Shown: positions 57,679-64,000 of the stretch, piece after piece
Layout: each line of letters starts with the position of its first letter
Numbering within the stretch: the first letter of the stretch is position 1
Source of the DNA: a virus
Lineage: Duplodnaviria > Caudoviricetes
IMG/VR virus record: IMGVR_UViG_3300026549_000895
Span: 32,001-96,000 of that record
DNA: 64,000 nucleotides
Strand: one strand, 5' to 3'
Translations under genes and position numbers: made by a program
The notes under the pieces: generated by a model
Databases searched by the model: none
Seen by the model: the letters and a program-made list of their open reading frames with translations, nothing else
What the model was told of the DNA's origin: nothing

Positions 57679-58155
57679 TTACGGAATTATTATTGGTGAC
57701 TTCTCAATACGAAGTTCACCTTTAATTTTCTTTTCATACTTCTGATAGAGATCTGTTAAAGTTCTCATACCCTGTAATGGGTGTAACCAGAAGATTGCCG
57801 CTCTTGCATCAATGATTGTTGGATCAGCATGAAGTACCTTTCTCCATGGGATATAAATGATATCGTCCAACTTATCCTTTGTTTTGATATCAGCACGACG
57901 TATCAATTCGATGTATCTTGCTTCATCGATAACTCTGTCATGGTGACAACAGAACTGTCTTGTCTTGGTATCAAAGGAACCTGATATTGGCATCCTTCTT
58001 AAATCAATCCAATTCACTAATCGATTGACACATAACAGCGGATCATAACCAGCCTCACACTGATGTTTGAAATGAGCTTTGATATCATCATCAGTCAGTT
58101 CAAATTTCTTAGCGACTTCTTTTGCAGCTTGTTCTTTATTCTCGTTCTCCATCAC
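57679..58155 (-). CDS. hypothetical protein
   Basis: AAGGAGGT SD; 158 aa. Confidence 0.7.
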   Translation of the reverse strand: MMENENKEQAAKEVAKKFELTDDDIKAHFKHQCEAGYDPLLCVNRLVNWIDLRRMPISGSFDTKTRQFCCHHDRVIDEARYIELIRRADIKTKDKLDDIIYIPWRKVLHADPTIIDARAAIFWLHPLQGMRTLTDLYQKYEKKIKGELRIEKSPIIIP

Positions 58156-58879
58156 TATCGACCTCCTTTAGTGGTTCATACTCGGAAGTTATGGTAATGG
58201 TGGTCTTTAATTTGGCATGATCGATTTTATCCAGTATTACGTCATATTTGATTTTCTCTTCTAAAGATATGCCGACATTTGCATTTGCAGTTGCTTCCTC
58301 TTCAAGACTATAGTATTCTCTGAGGTCATCTATTGTCTGTCCTTTGGTATGATCGAGAGCTTCATTATAATCAAACCTTGCTTTTTCACGACGAGCTCGT
58401 TCTTCTCTGTATTCATCATAAGCCATTCCATTAAATCTTATATAATCTAACACATGACCAAATTCATGGCGAAGTGCCAAACGAAGATAATCCATAACAA
58501 GATCAAGATGATCCAAATTTTCAATTATGAAACTATATATTTGATCTCTAAGAAGGAGGATATTTAAAGTATCTACTATCATTTTATTATTATCATCCCT
58601 GTAACCACCAAATTCAGTCTGCATCAATGAATACGTGATAGAATATTGCTTGTCATTAAAATATTCATATAGTTTTTTACGTGATAAATCACCTTGCATG
58701 TGACAGATGTCTTCCCATATAGAAATGAGATTACTTCTTGAAAATAATTTGATTTCACATGGAGCATTTTTCAATTGGTTTTTGAACTCTTTCTTGAGCT
58801 TTTCGAATTCTTCGGAGATTATATAGTTTATCCAAACTTTAACATTGAATCCTTCGATTTCCATTTTTACGGAATTCAT
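58136..58879 (-). CDS. zincin-like metallopeptidase domain protein (HExxH)
   Basis: ALRHEFGHVLD with downstream EEEATAN. Confidence 0.6.
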   Translation of the reverse strand: MNSVKMEIEGFNVKVWINYIISEEFEKLKKEFKNQLKNAPCEIKLFSRSNLISIWEDICHMQGDLSRKKLYEYFNDKQYSITYSLMQTEFGGYRDDNNKMIVDTLNILLLRDQIYSFIIENLDHLDLVMDYLRLALRHEFGHVLDYIRFNGMAYDEYREERARREKARFDYNEALDHTKGQTIDDLREYYSLEEEATANANVGISLEEKIKYDVILDKIDHAKLKTTITITSEYEPLKEVDSDGERE

Positions 58880-58885
58880 TATTTA

Positions 58886-59221
58886 TCACATCCTTGCAAA
58901 AACGATTCTGTCTTCATAAACATTTTTCAATTCAGAATAACCAAACTGATTGATTCTGAATAAATCCATAACTTCACTGACCTTTTTATCAGATACATGA
59001 TTAATATCAAAGATAATAAGGTCACTCATATTTGTGATAGCATCAGATATAAATTCTAATATAGAAACAGCATCATCGCTTTCTTCAAGAATTCCCCCGA
59101 TGGCTTTCTTCGCAGTACGACCAGTCTTACCTCTGTAATCGTCTGCGGCAAATGCGAACATCTGACGCTGTCCCTCGACTTCGTCTTTTTCGTTAAAATT
59201 AATTTTGATAATATCTCTCAT
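58886..59221 (-). CDS. hypothetical protein
   Basis: 111-aa ORF in operon. Confidence 0.65.
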   Translation of the reverse strand: MRDIIKINFNEKDEVEGQRQMFAFAADDYRGKTGRTAKKAIGGILEESDDAVSILEFISDAITNMSDLIIFDINHVSDKKVSEVMDLFRINQFGYSELKNVYEDRIVFARM

Positions 59222-59227
59222 TTATTT

Positions 59228-59335
59228 TTCCTGACGATTTATTCTTACCCAAGAAATCCAACGATTTCAGACGGTAAGCTATCACCCGGTGTCGAATCCG
59301 GGCTATTATGAATTAAATATTAATCGTCTTTTCCT
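59228..59335 (-). ncRNA. candidate TnpB omega-RNA / element right end
   Basis: Immediately 3' of tnpB; GACGATT..AATCGTC closing stem, CCCGG-ATTCGACA-CCGGG hairpin, CTTACC..GGTAAG stem. Confidence 0.4.
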
Positions 59336-59349
59336 TTTCTTAATATTTT

Positions 59350-60525
59350 TCAACATAATATATTTAATCCATTAACGTAATTAAATGCATATTGTTTAAG
59401 ATTGATAGCCGCATTAACATCTCTATCAATCGTTAAACCACATTCATTACATTCATAAATTCTATCCGATAATTTTAGTTCGGATTTTATATTTCCGCAT
59501 TTGGAACATCTTTTAGATGATGGAAACCACTTATTTGCCAAAATAAGTTTATGATATGGAATTCGCTCTTGTTTGTATAATAACATTTCACGAAACATAC
59601 TGAATCCATTATCCATCGTGGATTTCCCAAGATGTAAACACTGCGACATATTCTGCATGTCAATATCCTCAACGCAGATTATACTAAACTTCTTGGTTAT
59701 CGAAGTTGATAATTTGTGTAAGAAATCTCTTCGTTGATTAGATATCTTTTCATGAAGAATACGAATCTTGTTTAATGTTTTTCCTCTATTAGCACCTCCT
59801 TTCTGTTGTCTTGAAAATTTCTTTTGTAGTATTCGTAATTTTTGTTGGTTACTTCTATAATACTTTGGATATGAAGCATTATTACCTTCGCTATCCATAT
59901 ACAATGAAGATGATGAATAATCAATTCCAAGAATATTCAACTTGCTATCATTTTGAATATTATCAATATTAATTGAATATTGGAAACATATCGAACAATA
60001 ATATTTGTTTGTAGTGGATTTAGATATTGTGATATGTTTTATTTTCCATTCATCTGGAATTTGTTTTTCTCTTGGATTGTACTTAACCCACCCAAGACAT
60101 GGAATCTTTATTTGGTGATTATTGTTGTCAATACGTGTTTGCTCGCCATGATAATTTGAATAAGAATTCTTACAATATTTCTTGGATTTAAATCTTGGAA
60201 AACTTTTTGGTCTTCTATCCTTTCTCATTTTGATGTTACCATTCTTGATATTATCAAAATATCTTGAAAAAGCTGAATGTAAGAATTGTTTAACATTATT
60301 CACGGAATGTCTATCGAATTTGTATTCTTTATTATCTTTTGACAACCATGAATTTTGTAATACGATATCTCCATAGTTAGGAATCTTCAATTGGCCATCA
60401 TCATACGATTTTATGGAAGATTCCAACATTTGATTCCATATGAATCTACAAACATTGAATGTATTATTGATTATTTCTGATTGATTATCATCTGGATATA
60501 TTCTGATCTTTCTGGATATTATCAA
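59350..60525 (-). CDS. tnpB: IS200/IS605-family RNA-guided endonuclease TnpB
   Basis: KIRIYP..Q HTH, PRFKSKK, RuvC D (LGIDY), E (CVEDI), D (DRDVNAAINL), CSKCG..CNECG Zn finger; likely start TTG 60525 after AGGAGG. Confidence 0.92.
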   Translation of the reverse strand: MIISRKIRIYPDDNQSEIINNTFNVCRFIWNQMLESSIKSYDDGQLKIPNYGDIVLQNSWLSKDNKEYKFDRHSVNNVKQFLHSAFSRYFDNIKNGNIKMRKDRRPKSFPRFKSKKYCKNSYSNYHGEQTRIDNNNHQIKIPCLGWVKYNPREKQIPDEWKIKHITISKSTTNKYYCSICFQYSINIDNIQNDSKLNILGIDYSSSSLYMDSEGNNASYPKYYRSNQQKLRILQKKFSRQQKGGANRGKTLNKIRILHEKISNQRRDFLHKLSTSITKKFSIICVEDIDMQNMSQCLHLGKSTMDNGFSMFREMLLYKQERIPYHKLILANKWFPSSKRCSKCGNIKSELKLSDRIYECNECGLTIDRDVNAAINLKQYAFNYVNGLNILC

Positions 60526-60551
60526 ATCAACAATTTTCCTCCTTTTATCAT

Positions 60552-60878
60552 TTACCGTCCACATATTTTTGTAATTACTTCCATCCAGTCAATATGTGGC
60601 GGGCTTTGCCCAAATCTGTAATAGAAATACCAATCCATGAAACCTTCTTCATTGTCCATCCAAGCACAATATTGTGTTATTTTACGAACTTCTTCTGCTA
60701 AATAATTACGTCTGTTCTCGTCGTCAGTACTCATTATTTCAAGCACATACTTATCCCTTAAATCCCTCAATTTATGGACATAATCAACAACATCATCCAA
60801 AGTAAGCATTTTGGGCGGGTTAGTATAGTAAGTACCGAATAATTCCTCGTCTGTTTGAATATTATCCGTAAAAATCAC
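60552..60878 (-). CDS. hypothetical protein
   Basis: 108-aa ORF; the track's GTG lies inside the AGGAGGTGA SD, so the true start is uncertain. Confidence 0.6.
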   Translation of the reverse strand: MIFTDNIQTDEELFGTYYTNPPKMLTLDDVVDYVHKLRDLRDKYVLEIMSTDDENRRNYLAEEVRKITQYCAWMDNEEGFMDWYFYYRFGQSPPHIDWMEVITKICGR

Positions 60879-60892
60879 CTCCTTAAAATTGT

Positions 60893-60920
60893 ATGTACGC
60901 CGGTGTTACCCGGCGTACAT
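60893..60920 (-). terminator. hairpin / terminator
   Basis: ATGTACGCCGG-GTAACA-CCGGCGTACAT. Confidence 0.6.
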
Positions 60921-60930
60921 TATTATGTGA

Positions 60931-62763
60931 TTAATAACCTTTGTGGTTGATATCAAGAGAGTCGTCGTGTTCGATCCACTCTTTGACTGGAATGATATTA
61001 TACATACCATTCTTTTGTTTTGCAACAACCTTTTCGATTCCTGAGTTGATGATGACTCTCTTGCACATTGCACAGCAGTCAGCATTGGTGTATGATCCAT
61101 CGGGTTCAACACCAACCAGATACAAGGTAGCTCCTTTCATTTCTTCCTTTGATGCGTTTATTATTGCATTCATCTCCGAGTGCGAACTTCTGCATCGTTC
61201 GTACATGGCCCCGTGTGGGATATTATTTGCTTCTCTGAAACAGTAGCCAATATCACAACAGTTCTGTCTACCAGACGGAGCTCCAGCATATCCCGTTGAA
61301 ACGATTCTATCATCTTTAACAATAACAGAACCGTATCTTCTACGAAGACAAGTTCCTCTTGTGGAAGCAACTTCTGCCATAGCGAGATAATATTCTTCCT
61401 TGGTAGGTCGCTTGCCATCTTTGATAAGACTCTGTGAGAAAGCTGAGAGTTCTTTATTCGGCATGGTTTTTGTTTTTATCCATGCATTGATATCTTTTAT
61501 AATATTTTCCAAAACATCCTTTGGGATATCTTTATTTGGAGTTCTGAACAAAAGAGCATCTGTCATCCAGCATGCCTCACCCGGATACACCACGATATTT
61601 ACATTGGAAGCGTTGTCTATGTAAATCTCCCAATGATCTTTATTAAGGTTACATCCGATTGATTTTGACATACAACGCTGGCGATCAATAATGGCATATT
61701 TAAACAAATCCTCATATGTCGTGAGTGACCATGAATTTCTATGGTATTTTCCTGGATATTTATGATGATCTGACAAATCATTTTCAAGAATACCTTTTAT
61801 ATTTTCGAAAATGATTTTCATAAGTTCTTCTTTTGGTATGAGCTTAGATACTTCTTCCTTATCATCAGATGTTTCACATGATTCCATCTGTTCCTCGTGA
61901 GTATCTTCTTTGACTTGCCAATTATTGTTTCTACAAACGCCCAGCATATCACATAATGTTTGGATATCTTTCATGCATAATGGATCGGGAATGAAAGCAC
62001 TGATACCAGCAACAATATGTTCATTGGCGTTAACGACTATACGCGGTTTCGTTGTATCACCAATAAAGATAAGCCAACTATCAAGATCCGTATCGAACTC
62101 AAGTATGACATCGATTGTTTTCTCTCCAAGGGTTATCCTTCTGAGAGAGCCTGATTTTTCATATGATCCACCGACGATTGAGTTAGCTATTAGCGTATCA
62201 CAGAACGAATCTAATGTTGCATTAATTCCCGCTCTCATAGTTTCCCAACGAGTAGCTTTTTCGGATTCATCAGATTTTCCTTCGGGATGATATTCAATAG
62301 ATAATTTTGTTTTGTTCTTTGCAGGTTCGACAAGCCAACAAAGCAAACGCTTGAAAGTAGAGGTTATCTTTGTTGATTCTCCAATGAATATACGATTGGT
62401 TTCTGCTTCGTAACAAGGATGCACTCTTGGAAAATGTTCAGTTGCAGCTATCAACTCAATGAACTGCTGATTTGTTGATATAATATCTGCTATGAATGTT
62501 TTTGTATCCTCGTCATATTTGATGCATGACACCTTTGCAACAGGATCAATTGATGCATCATTTATTATACCGGGATAATCTTTCTGTGAATAAATAAGAT
62601 GATTGTTGAGAGAACCACGTGTGGCAACAATCTCATCAGCCATTTGTTTCTGGTTCTCGATTTCATGAACGTTGTCTTTGTCATTGAATGACCATAACGG
62701 AACTTCATGAATAGAAAGTTCTCTATGAGGTAGCTCTCCGTAAATAAATGCTTTTGGTTTCAT
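60931..62763 (-). CDS. dCMP deaminase (ComEB-like) with long unknown N-terminal region
   Basis: RPTKEEYYL.MA...STRGTCLRR.YG...IVSTGY.G.P, HSEMNAII, CCAMCKRVII; start ATG 62763 after AAAGGTGG. Confidence 0.8.
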   Translation of the reverse strand: MKPKAFIYGELPHRELSIHEVPLWSFNDKDNVHEIENQKQMADEIVATRGSLNNHLIYSQKDYPGIINDASIDPVAKVSCIKYDEDTKTFIADIISTNQQFIELIAATEHFPRVHPCYEAETNRIFIGESTKITSTFKRLLCWLVEPAKNKTKLSIEYHPEGKSDESEKATRWETMRAGINATLDSFCDTLIANSIVGGSYEKSGSLRRITLGEKTIDVILEFDTDLDSWLIFIGDTTKPRIVVNANEHIVAGISAFIPDPLCMKDIQTLCDMLGVCRNNNWQVKEDTHEEQMESCETSDDKEEVSKLIPKEELMKIIFENIKGILENDLSDHHKYPGKYHRNSWSLTTYEDLFKYAIIDRQRCMSKSIGCNLNKDHWEIYIDNASNVNIVVYPGEACWMTDALLFRTPNKDIPKDVLENIIKDINAWIKTKTMPNKELSAFSQSLIKDGKRPTKEEYYLAMAEVASTRGTCLRRRYGSVIVKDDRIVSTGYAGAPSGRQNCCDIGYCFREANNIPHGAMYERCRSSHSEMNAIINASKEEMKGATLYLVGVEPDGSYTNADCCAMCKRVIINSGIEKVVAKQKNGMYNIIPVKEWIEHDDSLDINHKGY

Positions 62764-62941
62764 TATTTTTCCACCTTTCGTGAATTGAATTTGTTCGAGA
62801 GGTATTTCTGTTTCCTCATACAAACAATATACATTTGTTTGTATTGAAATCGGGGAATATTTGAATATTTTAATCGAATGACTCTTTCCAACAATACTCG
62901 AGCGAATCTGGTTGAATTCTTGATTACATCTTTCTTTTTCT

Positions 62942-63784
62942 TTATTTATCCCCCATCACTTTTATAAATTCATCGTCATATTTTGTGATACGTGAATTTA
63001 TTTCGTACTTGAGTTTTGTTGATTTTTTATACAGCCGATCAAATTTATCAGGATCATTTTTATACCTCATCATCATTTGTTTGATATTTTTCCGAGCTTT
63101 AATAAGTACTATTATTTCAGATTCTTCTTGGTCTATTAATTTCTTCAATGACTCATAATCATCAGATTCAGATTTAAAGAATTTTGGAAATAATTCTAAC
63201 ACGTCAAGAGTATTGATGATATTAAGATCAAAATAGTTAAATGTGTATTCATTCCATGTTTTAAGTTCCAACATATTAATTCGAATCAATTCTTCAAATC
63301 CATATTTTTCTATATCGGCTTTTACTTGTGCATTATCAAAGTCGATGACCATGCAACCATTCTTCCATAAGCATCCGCAAACATCATCTTCCATTCTTGT
63401 TATAACAGAATCAATACCATCTGGAATATTTTTATCATCCCATTTCATTTGGAAGTATTTGATCGGCTTCGGGTTCTTAACATTCAAACATTTCACAAGA
63501 CCATCTTTTTTGCAAACAAATCCATATCGATGTTTTGATAAATCATAAGGTTTGATTATGATGGACGAATCCGGGTCGTTTGAATTTTTTATTTGCTTGA
63601 GTAATTCGAGATTTATCTCGACTTTATCATCATGCGCGGAAGAATCACATTTCATTACCTCCAATACATGATAATCTCTTCTATTGTATACGCTATGAAT
63701 GTATACGTGTGATCCTTCTTTTAAACGTGGAACTTTGATTTGATCAATTTTTATTGATTCATCTCCTTCAATTTTCATTGACAA
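62942..63784 (-). CDS. hypothetical protein
   Basis: GAAGGAGG SD; 280 aa. Confidence 0.7.
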   Translation of the reverse strand: MSMKIEGDESIKIDQIKVPRLKEGSHVYIHSVYNRRDYHVLEVMKCDSSAHDDKVEINLELLKQIKNSNDPDSSIIIKPYDLSKHRYGFVCKKDGLVKCLNVKNPKPIKYFQMKWDDKNIPDGIDSVITRMEDDVCGCLWKNGCMVIDFDNAQVKADIEKYGFEELIRINMLELKTWNEYTFNYFDLNIINTLDVLELFPKFFKSESDDYESLKKLIDQEESEIIVLIKARKNIKQMMMRYKNDPDKFDRLYKKSTKLKYEINSRITKYDDEFIKVMGDK

Positions 63785-64000
63785 TACCCTCCTTCTTTAA
63801 TATTCTGAATATTTCGATTTGTTCATCAAACAATTTATCTGGTTCTTCATTTGCTTTCAGAACTTCGGTTTTGTCTAAAGTAATTAATGTCTGTTGGAAA
63901 TGTCTGAAATTTGGATTTTCATCATCTTTCAGATAGAAATTCATCAGATAAATATATGATGTATCATCTAACTTTTGCTGGAATATAAGTTCAGTCAAAT
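63768..64000 (-). CDS. hypothetical protein (C-terminal part, truncated by window end)
   Basis: Open frame overlapping next gene's start. Confidence 0.5.
   Translation of the reverse strand, partial: LTELIFQQKLDDTSYIYLMNFYLKDDENPNFRHFQQTLITLDKTEVLKANEEPDKLFDEQIEIFRILKKEGIVNEN

Noticed and set aside
62764-62955. N-terminal extension of the deaminase fusion (track start TTG 62823; frame open further upstream)
   Set aside because: A good SD (AAAGGTGG) precedes ATG 62763, whereas upstream candidate starts lack one; not excluded but unsupported.
1-64000. Stop-codon reassignment (alternative genetic code)
   Set aside because: Long genes are intact under code 11, TAA, TGA and TAG all terminate genes, and the tRNAs are not suppressors.

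Overview
AT-rich 64-kb segment of a phiKZ/AR9-type jumbo phage. The host is probably a Firmicutes (Clostridia-like) bacterium, inferred from AGGAGG/GAAAGGA Shine-Dalgarno sites and a clostridial-type TnpB. The diagnostic gene is a stand-alone N-terminal half of a multisubunit RNA polymerase beta subunit, interrupted by a group I intron (8798-9965) that carries an HNH endonuclease. The window also encodes a DnaG-like primase beside a hairpin-rich intergenic region (candidate origin), baseplate and tail-fibre-like proteins, and a cluster of putative internal head proteins with repeated hydrophobic-X-E protease motifs. It further contains NAD-dependent ligase, macrodomain, phosphoesterase, SbcD and RecA/UvsX genes, three tRNAs embedded in about 1.9 kb of structured non-coding DNA, an orphan TnpB and a dCMP deaminase fusion. 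The most notable observations are four. (1) A 996-aa effector polyprotein (transglutaminase-like, Zn ribbon, papain-fold toxin, GNAT, TIKI/EreA-like) whose domain boundaries coincide with candidate prohead-protease sites. (2) An HNH endonuclease inserted in-frame in the ligase without intron or intein signals, carrying a diverged replacement of the 26 ligase residues it displaced. (3) A roughly 930-nt ornate ncRNA candidate between tRNA-Asn and tRNA-Glu. (4) Two recurrent candidate promoter motifs. All family assignments come from motif recognition by eye; no searches were run.
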